DNA of 64,000 nt from Promethearchaeota archaeon (GCA_029838195.1 JALGVJ010000011.1:48044-112043), one strand, 5' to 3'; counted from the first letter of the stretch, positions 1-9,386 are shown. Numbers and translations: made by a program. Notes: generated by a model from the letters alone, not told the origin.

Positions 1-2
1 GA

Positions 3-140
3 TTTGCTCCCGAAATCAAAGAAGGCATTGAGAAAAATGCCTCCATTAAAAAAACTTTATCCATGAATGAAACAGAACTAAAAGAATATATCAAACAACT
101 GAAGAACGGTTTATTTAATAATGCAGAAACTATACTATAA
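3..140 (+). CDS. 3' end of a gene entering from the window edge (unknown product)
   Basis: Open frame FAPEIKEGIEKN...NAETIL ending in TAA at 138-140, 19 bp before the GTPase start. Confidence 0.6.
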   Translation, partial: FAPEIKEGIEKNASIKKTLSMNETELKEYIKQLKNGLFNNAETIL

Positions 141-159
141 GGGGTGAGCTAAAAAAAAA

Positions 160-780
160 ATGAATTCTTCCTTGACATCTAAAGATGTATTTGACTTTGG
201 CTCAAGCCTTCTTCAGTTAAAAGTGGTATATTGGGGTCCCGGCGAATCGGGAAAAACCACGAGTTATAACGTGCTCAAAGAAGAGCTTCGTTCTAAGAAG
301 ATTTCTCGAAGTATATCCGTGGAAACCACCGATGGCAGAACGCTCTGGAAGGATTGCATGTATTTATCCTTTTCATTAAAGCTAAATAAGTTCACGTTTG
401 ATGTCGTCGTCCAGGTGGTCACGTGTACGGGTCAAGAACGGTTTCTCTCCACCCGGGAATACGTGTTAGATGGAGCTGATGGGATCGTTTTCGTGGCAGA
501 CTCCTCACCTTTAAAGCGAGAAGAAAACAAGCGGAGTTTTCGGGAACTCATGAGCTTCACGGCTTCGAATAACGTTCCTTACGTGGTTCAATTGAACAAG
601 CGGGATTTATCTGATGCGATTTCTGAAGAAGAGTTTAAAAAAGATCTGGAATTACCGGAGGAAAAAGCGTATCCGGACGGCACGTTGGTGGTATATCCTA
701 CCATTGCCACGGAAAAAGTCAATGTTTTATATTGTTTTAAAGACTTATTGGGGCTTATTTTATTTAAAAACTTCTTATGA
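160..780 (+). CDS. MglA-like small GTPase
   Basis: G1 GPGESGKTT, switch I DGRTLWKD (cf. MglA RTLFFD), TCTGQ in place of DxxG (cf. MglA TVPGQ), GADGIVFVADS, G4 NKRD. Confidence 0.88.
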   Translation: MNSSLTSKDVFDFGSSLLQLKVVYWGPGESGKTTSYNVLKEELRSKKISRSISVETTDGRTLWKDCMYLSFSLKLNKFTFDVVVQVVTCTGQERFLSTREYVLDGADGIVFVADSSPLKREENKRSFRELMSFTASNNVPYVVQLNKRDLSDAISEEEFKKDLELPEEKAYPDGTLVVYPTIATEKVNVLYCFKDLLGLILFKNFL

Positions 781-875
781 ATAAATACATGATTTTATAA
801 AGTTTTTTTATAATCTTTTTTCTATTTCATGATACCTATAATTCAGTAACTTAGAATTTTTTTTATTTATATAGT

Positions 876-1529
876 TTGACTAAAAACTTCAGATTAAATA
901 ATAATATTCAATTAATCATTTACCACCTCGAAAGAAAAATGCCTTCTCTCATAGAATATCCTTCATTAAGTTATAAGGCAAAAAAAAAGCTGAAAATTGA
1001 AATTCTTGACCATTCGTTCAGGAAATATAATTTTCTAATGGAATCCTTGAGCATCTCCCGATTTGCCAAAATTCTACACCATTCTTTTTCTGAACATGAT
1101 ATTTCTGAAATACAAGAAGTTTTAAATAATTTTTCCGATGATTGGAAACGATACAAGATTCGTTTTCAACTCACTACTAAATTATTACCCTTCCACGGAG
1201 AACCCCATTCAGTGCACGATTTGATGGAATATCGGTTCAATGTGTTACAGCAGCATTTAAAAGAACTATATCATATCGCTCCCATTTTCAATTTACAGCG
1301 GGCCACTCATAATGCAAAAGTATTATTAACAATGTTGGATCAAAAAAATTATTGTCCTGTCCTTAGCACGCAGTTGGCATTAATTTTATTTGTCACAGAC
1401 ACTCGAGACTCGTTGGTCAAGGAGGGTAAAAAGAAACCGATTTTACAAGTTAATATTCGGAATTTATGTAAAACTTCTGCTTACGCCTTTCATAGAGCAC
1501 GAAACAAGTTAGGAATAAGTCGATTTTAA
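876..1529 (+). CDS. Hypothetical protein with C-terminal TFIIB/cyclin-repeat-like helical domain (true start may be ATG 939)
   Basis: C-terminus A..LL..LD...QLALILFVTD...ILQVNIRNLCKTSAYAFHRARNKL follows the TFIIB second-repeat/HTH pattern; paralogous to 4946..5581. Confidence 0.55.
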   Translation: MTKNFRLNNNIQLIIYHLERKMPSLIEYPSLSYKAKKKLKIEILDHSFRKYNFLMESLSISRFAKILHHSFSEHDISEIQEVLNNFSDDWKRYKIRFQLTTKLLPFHGEPHSVHDLMEYRFNVLQQHLKELYHIAPIFNLQRATHNAKVLLTMLDQKNYCPVLSTQLALILFVTDTRDSLVKEGKKKPILQVNIRNLCKTSAYAFHRARNKLGISRF

Positions 1530-1607
1530 TCAACTTTGTCTTATTTTTATTCTTTATTTATAATTTTTCACATTTTTAGTCTTTAATGAAAAAATATCAC
1601 GTGATAT

Positions 1608-3644
1608 TTAAAAAAGCGTAACTAACTTTTCATATAAGAGAGATAAATACTGGAAAATTTTTTCATATTTTTCACTACTGATAGAGATGGATTCTCCTTG
1701 AAGTAATTTTTTGTAGAGTGATTCCACGTACTTGATATTGGAAATCGGTGTCAAACGTTTTTTTAACATGTATTCTAATCCCATGAACGTTTCGGCAAGG
1801 TTCATAGTATCGATTTTTTCGGGAGCGATATAAGAGGGAGGCTGACTGCCGTTGAAAAATTTCTTGAATAATAATTTCATGAGTAATCCTAATGCCAACA
1901 TCATGGTGCGAAAAGAGGGCTCATTCTCTCCTTGAGAAAAATATTTCTGACCCTGACAAAAAATGGATTTAACTTCTTCTAATTTATCGTAAATATCAGT
2001 ATTTTTTTCCCTCTCAGAATCCCTTTTTTCATGGACTTGCCGTGAGGTAGAAATACCATTAGAAATGGGTATTTCATAATTTTTTAATTGAGATAAGCGT
2101 TCTTGTAATTGTTTTATTTTTTGATCAATAGAGTTCATGTGGAATCGGAGCGATCGTTCAAGTTCTAACAATGAAGGGACTTTTGGAACTTCAGATTTCT
2201 TAAGAATTTTTTGCTCTATTGGAGATGAATTTTCTTGTAAAGATGGAGAATGTTTTTCTTTGATTTGAGGAGAGAGAGCAGGCTCTTGTTTGATTTGGAT
2301 GGGAGCGGATTCTTGAATGGATCCTTTTCCATTTGAGATGGTTTCATCAGCAAGATTAGAATCAGAATCTAAAGAATCAATATCAATGTGCTGAATTTCT
2401 AACTCAGGAAAAAAAGTTTTCATGTTATTTTCAAGATCATCTTTTTTAAGAAAAGATTTTCTCTTTTCTTTTTCTTTTTTAACACGTTCACGTTTCTTAT
2501 ACGTTAATTCTTGAGGAAAATAATCCTCTTTTGGAGTAAAATTATTAAGATATGTCGAGCTTGATAGGGAAGTAAAAATGGAATCTATTTTATTTGGAGC
2601 AAGACCTAATGATTGTAAAAAAGAGTGAAGATCAAGCACGTGAGCTTCGCAAGGAACAGATTTCAGCCATGTTCTTAAAAAATCTTCGGGCAATCCAAGT
2701 TTCCAATGATGTTGCCGCAAGTAGAGATATCGATTTTCGGGATTAATGAGAACCTTGTCTTCCAAATTTGCTGTATTTACATGTTCCAAACAGTATTCTT
2801 CCATGCAAGAAACGAACATTCGCTTGATAGTTGCTGGTAAATTTTTAAGGGCTCGATATTCCTCTCTATATTGCTGCAAAGGATCCTTTTTCTGAAGGAG
2901 TGGGTCACTTTTACTAATTTTTTCAATAGAAATGGAATCATCATCATTCAAAGAAGAAGCTTTTTTAAGAAGATGGCAAATACGGACATCATAAAAATGC
3001 TCCATAAACCTCAAGATTTTCTCTTGTTCATTCTCATCCTCATGGGATTTAGAAAGAAATTTTTGAATGCTTTTTATTGATTTTCCTTCATTTAACAAAA
3101 TAAAAATCTGTCCTGCTAAATTTTTGATTTTTAAAAGATCATCCCGTAGGAGGTCAAGAGTCGGACACCTTTCAATTATTTTTTTTTCAAACGATAAATC
3201 TCTCGCAATAAAATCGTAATTTAAAAATTTTTTAGTCTTCTTATTATAAAGAATGAGAGGTTGTGAAGTAAGATTTTCAGAAGTGGCAGAAGAAGGAGAT
3301 TGAATTGATGGAACAGCGAGTTTAGGGATAAGTTCTTTGGCATTTTCGCTGGTATTTAAGATGTAATGCAATGAAGGGTATTGCATGATTGCATAGATGT
3401 CTTTTAGATTTAGATTGTAGATGAGATAGAAATTGGGGATCGTGGAGTAGACATTCGCTTCTAAAATGTCATTCACGCTGGTTAGAGCCGTCGCATCGAT
3501 GGGAATGAATGTATATCCTACGGTAAAAATCTCTAAAGCATTTAAGTATTTTAAGTCCACGTGGGGATAAATGAGCACGTTCCTCTGCTTGAAAAAAATT
3601 AAGTGTAGAAATTGGGCCGTGATGAAGTCGCTTTCCGTGTCCAT
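1608..3644 (-). CDS. Large hypothetical protein with low-complexity linker, coiled coil and possible C-terminal HEPN-like helical bundle
   Basis: 678-aa ORF; C-terminal GQKYFSQGENEPSFRTMMLALGLLMKLLF resembles the HEPN N-terminal helix pattern; no Rx4-6H seen. Confidence 0.6.
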   Translation of the reverse strand: MDTESDFITAQFLHLIFFKQRNVLIYPHVDLKYLNALEIFTVGYTFIPIDATALTSVNDILEANVYSTIPNFYLIYNLNLKDIYAIMQYPSLHYILNTSENAKELIPKLAVPSIQSPSSATSENLTSQPLILYNKKTKKFLNYDFIARDLSFEKKIIERCPTLDLLRDDLLKIKNLAGQIFILLNEGKSIKSIQKFLSKSHEDENEQEKILRFMEHFYDVRICHLLKKASSLNDDDSISIEKISKSDPLLQKKDPLQQYREEYRALKNLPATIKRMFVSCMEEYCLEHVNTANLEDKVLINPENRYLYLRQHHWKLGLPEDFLRTWLKSVPCEAHVLDLHSFLQSLGLAPNKIDSIFTSLSSSTYLNNFTPKEDYFPQELTYKKRERVKKEKEKRKSFLKKDDLENNMKTFFPELEIQHIDIDSLDSDSNLADETISNGKGSIQESAPIQIKQEPALSPQIKEKHSPSLQENSSPIEQKILKKSEVPKVPSLLELERSLRFHMNSIDQKIKQLQERLSQLKNYEIPISNGISTSRQVHEKRDSEREKNTDIYDKLEEVKSIFCQGQKYFSQGENEPSFRTMMLALGLLMKLLFKKFFNGSQPPSYIAPEKIDTMNLAETFMGLEYMLKKRLTPISNIKYVESLYKKLLQGESISISSEKYEKIFQYLSLLYEKLVTLF

Positions 3645-3752
3645 GATAAAAATAATATTTTGATATCTTAGTTCTTTTATCTTTAAAATTCAACGGATCT
3701 TTAAAAAGAAAAAATTTATTTTAGCTTCTAAGACTAATTTCTAAAATAATTT

Positions 3753-4853
3753 TTATATTGATTTATTCGAGAAAATCTCATCTAATGTAAGCTGAACATG
3801 CTTGGATTTTTTTCTGAATGTTTCAAACGCAGAAATACAAGAATGATATTTATTAATTAACTTATTTAAATTGTTTTCTACTCGAGCTTGATTGAGATGA
3901 TGGTCTTTACAAAGAAAGGCACGCACTTTTTCTCTTATGGGAGCCGTCCAAGTGAACGGTTCTTTTGGCGTGATTACTTCAGGAAAGAGAAAAATGTTCC
4001 GAACCTTAAAAATTATTTCAGGCGTGAGAGAGGAGAAATAATAATTTTTATTTCTTTCACGGTCAATGATATTTTCAAGTGTTTCATGAGCTTTTATTAA
4101 TTTCAAGGCGGTTTTTGATCCAACATGTTTGATGCCCGGAAAATAATCCGTTTTTAATAATAAGACTAAATCAATGAGTTGAAAGTAATTAATTCCCATT
4201 AATTTAAGGCTTTTCTTGAGGTCATATAACTTAGGCTCAATTTTTTGATAAACCCATTTATTTTTGATCTTTCTTCTCATGGACTTTGTTAAATTCTGAA
4301 TGACGTGAGGACTTCCGAACAAGAGCGAATCAAAATCTTGAGAGTTCATGTAATCCACGAGATGACTTTTTACTAAATGAGCACATTGAGCTTCAGCGGA
4401 AGAAGGAGATTCAATATAAGGTACACCCAATAAACTTAATAAAATTTTAGATTCTTCTACAACGGAAGGCCATAAAAATTCCTTGCTCAATCCGATTTGA
4501 CGAGCTGTTTTCCAATCCTTGTTTTTTAAGGCTTTTTCGTGCATGCGTTTCGCATATCGGAAGTCATTGAGTTGATCTTTAGTAATGATGCGTTTTAACT
4601 CCGAGACTTTGCCATCAAAACAAAACACAGGAAGAATCCGCTTTGAATACAAGAATAAAATCTTGTATAAAATTCCATAAAGGTGATTGATGACTCGCTG
4701 CGTTCTGTCAATGAATAAGGAATCGGTATTCTTAGCAGTGAAATTTAACGTGCTAAATAAAAAATTAGGAGTATCAATTGCAATGACTGTTCCTTCCAAG
4801 GAGGTGAGAGAAATAGGTTCAGCATGGAGTAGGTCAGCAATTTTCACTCCCAT
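3753..4853 (-). CDS. fen: Flap endonuclease-1/XPG family nuclease, divergent
   Basis: MGV start, AIDxxN, PVFCFDG, AEAQCA, SQDFDSLLFG, TDYFPGIKHVG (H3TH), C-terminal PIP box QLTLDEIF. Confidence 0.92.
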   Translation of the reverse strand: MGVKIADLLHAEPISLTSLEGTVIAIDTPNFLFSTLNFTAKNTDSLFIDRTQRVINHLYGILYKILFLYSKRILPVFCFDGKVSELKRIITKDQLNDFRYAKRMHEKALKNKDWKTARQIGLSKEFLWPSVVEESKILLSLLGVPYIESPSSAEAQCAHLVKSHLVDYMNSQDFDSLLFGSPHVIQNLTKSMRRKIKNKWVYQKIEPKLYDLKKSLKLMGINYFQLIDLVLLLKTDYFPGIKHVGSKTALKLIKAHETLENIIDRERNKNYYFSSLTPEIIFKVRNIFLFPEVITPKEPFTWTAPIREKVRAFLCKDHHLNQARVENNLNKLINKYHSCISAFETFRKKSKHVQLTLDEIFSNKSI

Positions 4854-4945
4854 GACCTATCTGTTTTATCCTCATATTTAAAGAAAAAATCAGTATTAGG
4901 GAAAAATCATTTTTATTTAAATAAATTTAATGAGTAGTTAAGAGG

Positions 4946-5581
4946 ATGATGGAAAATGTAAATTATATTGAAAAAAAATTTCATGAAAACAATGTTAATG
5001 GAAATTTTATAAACCTTGGTGCGACTGATTTCAACCAAGAAATAGATAAACATGATGTAATAAATGTTCTATTACGTTATTTCTCTATTCCTGTCCTTAG
5101 AGCTTCTTCTAACCGCATGAAAACAGCAATGGTATCATTTTTAGCTCGAATTCTTAATAAAAATAAATCATGGATTCGTGATTCTATAAACGAATTTTTA
5201 GAAAACTGCCAATCGTTTAAAGAGATTCTAAAACAAGAATTAAAAAAGTTGAAATTGGACGGATGCTTCGACCCCATCGAAACGCACATTAACCTCTTGA
5301 ATCGCTTTCTCGAACAACTTCATTCCTTTACAAATGCGTTCGATATGGAACGTGCCAAGATAAACATGTTAATCCTCATTGATAAATTAGACGCTAAATC
5401 TAAGTTCATGCCTCTTTTTAACCTAAACATTCATCTTGCTTTTTTGATATATATTACCGATGTTAAGGATTACGAGGTTTTGAGAGCTAATATTTCTCCT
5501 CTTAAGTTAGAAAATATTTGCTACATGACAAATTGTAAAGAAAAACAATTGTTTCAATTAAAGGCGATCCTTTCTCCTTAA
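4946..5581 (+). CDS. Hypothetical protein with C-terminal TFIIB/cyclin-repeat-like domain, paralog of 876..1529
   Basis: FDMERAKINMLILIDKLD...HLAFLIYITD aligns with FNLQRATHNAKVLLTMLD...QLALILFVTD. Confidence 0.55.
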   Translation: MMENVNYIEKKFHENNVNGNFINLGATDFNQEIDKHDVINVLLRYFSIPVLRASSNRMKTAMVSFLARILNKNKSWIRDSINEFLENCQSFKEILKQELKKLKLDGCFDPIETHINLLNRFLEQLHSFTNAFDMERAKINMLILIDKLDAKSKFMPLFNLNIHLAFLIYITDVKDYEVLRANISPLKLENICYMTNCKEKQLFQLKAILSP

Positions 5582-5609
5582 AGTCAATTAAAGGCGATCC
5601 TTTCTCCTT
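5554..5609. repeat. Perfect 26-bp tandem direct repeat (period 30) across the stop of 4946..5581
   Basis: tcaattaaaggcgatcctttctcctt at 5554-5579 and 5584-5609. Confidence 0.95.
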
Positions 5610-5648
5610 GAAAAAACTCATTTTATCTAATTATATTTATTACTTAAA

Positions 5649-6404
5649 CTATGGCAAATAAAAGGTAATGCCTTGATCAGTAATTTCAAATTTTAACGAA
5701 ATCTTTTTCTCATTATAATGGATGATTAACCTTCTAAGCCTACCATGTGAATGAGCTTCCATGAGATGAGGTGGAAAAAGCTCAAGAGTCACTCCCTTTA
5801 TCCTCTCAAATAAAGAGGAATAAAAAACATTATCCTGAGAAGTAGTCGGATTCGTAGAAAACTCATGAATGAGAAATACAAGAATATTTTTAAATGAACA
5901 ATAAAATAAGAGAGGCACCAATTGCTTTTCAAAAAAATCATTAATAATAACTTCTCTTATATTCATGTCCTCTTCCATGGATAAACGCAATCGCAAGTGA
6001 TGAGAGATGTTATCCACGACCATACATTTGAGATAAGGAATATTAGGCAAGTATTTTTCAAGAAGTCCTTGAAAAAGTAATTCTTGTTTTTCATATGAAA
6101 GGAGGACAGAACGAGCCGGAAAAATGAAAAAGCGCTCATGAAGGGATGAAGATTTATTATTATAAAATATTTCTAATTGTTTGAGTCGCTTAACGGGAAA
6201 ATGTTCGGAAGCTTGAATCCACGCGCACGCATGACGTGATCCGAGTAAATGATAGACTAAATAGAGAACAAGATTAGTTTTTCCGCTTCCTGCTTTCCCC
6301 TTTACATGAATGACATTTTCTCTTTTTAAAATAAGAGAAATAATTTCCAAGAGGTCTTTTTCATTCAAAATCTTTAAACTTCTTTTTTCTTTTTTTCGAG
6401 CCAT
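5649..6404 (-). CDS. RecA-fold ATPase, RadB/aRadC-like RadA paralog
   Basis: Walker A GKAGSGKT, WIQASEHFPVKRL (cf. DTE..F..RL), Walker B VVDNIS, C-terminal FEITDQGI; no N-terminal RadA HhH domain. Confidence 0.85.
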   Translation of the reverse strand: MARKKEKRSLKILNEKDLLEIISLILKRENVIHVKGKAGSGKTNLVLYLVYHLLGSRHACAWIQASEHFPVKRLKQLEIFYNNKSSSLHERFFIFPARSVLLSYEKQELLFQGLLEKYLPNIPYLKCMVVDNISHHLRLRLSMEEDMNIREVIINDFFEKQLVPLLFYCSFKNILVFLIHEFSTNPTTSQDNVFYSSLFERIKGVTLELFPPHLMEAHSHGRLRRLIIHYNEKKISLKFEITDQGITFYLP

Positions 6405-6762
6405 TATTATTTTCTCTTAAAGCTTGTAAAACCCTTTTCTCAAGATTATCATGAGATCTGTTAGGCAAGATAATAGTATTATCACGCTTGGAAGAATTGT
6501 TTTCCGCATTTTTAAGGTTCATGGCTAATAACATTAAGGGTAACCATTTATCCGTTCCATCAGAAGAATTTCCTTTTATTTTCAAGTGTTTTTTGTATTT
6601 CACGAACAGGAAATAGACGATAATGACGCACGTGATATAAATGACATATTGGGGATTGGTTTGAATGAACACGATTAAGAACATTATCAAGATTAGATAG
6701 AATAAACATTTAAATGTCATTTTTTTGATACTACCTCCTGTATAGTATTTAAATACATTCAT
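6361..6762 (-). CDS. Small membrane protein (2 TM), overlapping the RadB-like gene
   Basis: Two hydrophobic N-terminal segments and a polar tail; same strand and overlapping 5649..6404. Confidence 0.6.
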   Translation of the reverse strand: MNVFKYYTGGSIKKMTFKCLFYLILIMFLIVFIQTNPQYVIYITCVIIVYFLFVKYKKHLKIKGNSSDGTDKWLPLMLLAMNLKNAENNSSKRDNTIILPNRSHDNLEKRVLQALRENNNGSKKRKKKFKDFE

Positions 6763-7343
6763 TCTATATAAAGAAAAAAAGTTCTATCACGCAAATAGAA
6801 GAAAAAATACCCAATTGAACAATGTTTATTTTCTTATGAGAAATTGTATTAAAGAAAAGATTTTATAGAATTGGTTTAATTTAATATAGATCAATCAGTT
6901 TTTGGAAATATTTTTTATTCAATATGCCAAAAAAATGGAAAAAATAAAAGAAAATTATTATTAAACCGTTTTCCTTAAGGATTCAAAAAAGCTCATATTA
7001 TTAAAATTCTAATATTTCACGATGTCTTTCTACACCTAATATTTTGAGAGAAGAACCCAAATTCTCACCAAGATCATCAAATCAAGAAGAGAAGAATTAC
7101 ATTAAGAAGCCTAATTAATTCTGGATTTTGGAAGAGTGTATATTTATATTTAAGAAATGAATTAATGATTAACACATTTAAAAGAATAGCTTTAATTTAA
7201 AAAATTTTGATCTCAAAACAAGCCCAAAAGTGATCAACACTTTTTGTGAGATTGATTTTTTGCTAAATATTGTTCATTTATTAGGACATTAAATGAAATA
7301 ATTCCATCATAAATATAAAGGATATTAAAAATGAGGTCAAAAC

Positions 7344-7358
7344 CGTAAAGTTTAAAAG
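7344..7358 (+). promoter_or_regulatory. Putative BRE-TATA of the TFB paralog
   Basis: cgtaaag-TTTAAAAG about 60 nt upstream of ATG 7417. Confidence 0.4.
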
Positions 7359-7416
7359 GCACACTCCCCCCAGTATATTTCCTTAAGAAAAAATGTAAAA
7401 TGAGTTGTAATAAAAA

Positions 7417-8808
7417 ATGGCATCTAAAACTAATAAAAATTTGGTTTTTACGGAATTCTTAACTTGTGATATTTGTGGCTCGACTGATATTGTCGAAACA
7501 ATGGAAGGTTATACCTGTAGAAATTGCGGTATTGTACTCAACATGCAACGTTTAGAATATCACAGGCCATATAACGAAGCTTGTTTACAGCACGCACCTC
7601 TTAATTCAACCCAAATTGGAACTAAACAAGAACGCTTGAATCATACAAGATCTCCCCATTTACAGAGATTAAATAAACTTCATTCTATTTCCTCGATATC
7701 AAATGAAAAATTTATAATTGAAACCGCCAGAAAAGAAATCTCTCGTCTTTTAGAGATTCTTGGTTATTCTACTTCGGAGATGAATCAAGATATCTTGAAA
7801 AATGTTAAAACTATTTGGCAAAAAATAGAAAAAGGAACAAAATTTAGAAATGTTGAGAAATTAATCCCTGCCGTGATCTACGTTTATTTTAAGATTAAAT
7901 GCCTCTTCATTAATTGGTCCAAACTTTTAGAGAATTCTAAACTCTCGAAAGAAGAATTTCGCGCTGCTTTAATGACCGTCATTCGATTTCTAGACCATGA
8001 GGTGAGAATTGCTTATCTCAAGGGAACGAGAAAACGATATTGCGAGCGAAAAATTTTACGAATAGCAGAAGAATTTGGTTTGGGAATGGACTTTTATCAT
8101 CAAGCCGTGGCGCTCATGTATAAATTATGGAACATTATTCAAAATACGAAAGAAGATGTCATCGTGGGAGTAACATGCAGTCTCATTGCTCTCACATCCG
8201 CTTATCGAGAGAAAATTTCTGTTTCTAAAATATGCTCTTATGTAGGCATTCAGATGTCCACTGTTCAAAGTCAGGTAAAAAAACGCATCATTGAGAGGTT
8301 CAAGATTCCCGGATTTATAAGTCTTGTTAAATCTGCAAACCTCATTGAAAAAATCTTAAAAAAATTGGGCATTTTAAAAGAAAAACTCACTCATCGGAGA
8401 CAGAAAAAAATTCATGATGATGAGAAACAAGCTGAAGAGAAACAAGATATCAAAAGAAATTCGGAGATTAGTTTAGAAGAAGAGGAGAAGGATGCCATTA
8501 GAATAATTAAATCATTTGAATTAGAATTCATGGTTTCAAAAAATAATAACGCCAAAAAGGCATGTTATATTTTAAAGAGCAGTAATGGAAAACACGGATA
8601 TTTATTGTTACTTGATGAAAACGATAAAAAACAAGGTCATTTTCAAGGCTTTAAAAAACGATTTCAGAAAAAATCAATTAGATTAGTAAATCATCAAACA
8701 AAATTTTTTAATAATCCCTTGATACAAGTTAATGCGATTTTAAAATTTAAAACGGGTAAAGGACCTCCTGAAAAAGAACATATAATTTCATTTCACTTCA
8801 TCAGATAA
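7417..8808 (+). CDS. tfb: Transcription factor TFB/TFIIB paralog with long C-terminal extension
   Basis: Zn ribbon CDICGS...CRNCGIV, two cyclin-like repeats (RNVEKLIPAVIY; ISVSKICSYVGIQMSTV HTH), ~140-aa tail containing GKGPP. Confidence 0.8.
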   Translation: MASKTNKNLVFTEFLTCDICGSTDIVETMEGYTCRNCGIVLNMQRLEYHRPYNEACLQHAPLNSTQIGTKQERLNHTRSPHLQRLNKLHSISSISNEKFIIETARKEISRLLEILGYSTSEMNQDILKNVKTIWQKIEKGTKFRNVEKLIPAVIYVYFKIKCLFINWSKLLENSKLSKEEFRAALMTVIRFLDHEVRIAYLKGTRKRYCERKILRIAEEFGLGMDFYHQAVALMYKLWNIIQNTKEDVIVGVTCSLIALTSAYREKISVSKICSYVGIQMSTVQSQVKKRIIERFKIPGFISLVKSANLIEKILKKLGILKEKLTHRRQKKIHDDEKQAEEKQDIKRNSEISLEEEEKDAIRIIKSFELEFMVSKNNNAKKACYILKSSNGKHGYLLLLDENDKKQGHFQGFKKRFQKKSIRLVNHQTKFFNNPLIQVNAILKFKTGKGPPEKEHIISFHFIR

Positions 8809-8986
8809 TAAATGAAGTGAACTTTTATTTCTCTCCTTCCCTCTATTCTTTCACTTTTTCTTTTTATTTTTATCTTTAATTTTTCTATTTTTTATTTTCT
8901 ATTCTAAATTTTTATAACATGAAAAAAATAAATTTATAAACATGAATAATTATATTAAAATAAATATAAAATAAACTAAAAAACAA

Positions 8987-9125
8987 GATTCTCCTCCTAA
9001 ACGAGAAACTTGGATTTTTGTCTTTTGGTTAGCATGCTAAGGCATGCTCTTTTGCGACTTTCTTTTCTATTATATATTTTGATGGGCACTCTTGTTTGGC
9101 CCCTTAACCCGTTTAGGGGAGAATC
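8987..9125 (-). ncRNA. Candidate structured RNA (~140 nt) or MITE-like element
   Basis: Ends pair: gattctcc(t)cctaaacg 8987-9003 with cgtttaggggagaatc 9110-9125; the stem extends via G-U only on the minus strand; internal hairpins agcatgc-taag-gcatgct and gggc..gccc; GC-rich island in AT-rich spacer. Confidence 0.55.
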
Positions 9126-9386
9126 ATTCTTTTTTAGGAGCGTATAATTTTTAATAATTATTTTAAATGATTATTAGGTAACCATCAACTTTCAAATGAT
9201 TTTTTTAAAAGAAATATCGGGAACTATTTTTTTAACTATTTTTTATTTAAATATGATTGATGATCTTATTTTATTGCTAATCAAAAAGTATTCCTAAAAA
9301 CAGAAGGGAGGTGATGGACTCGAAACGTGCTGGGAATATTTTTTGGGCTTCTTTTTTTTTTATTATTGTTATATCTTGTTGCCACT

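Noticed and set aside
9305-9335. ggactcgaa as a tRNA or att remnant
   Set aside because: No cloverleaf or matching partner
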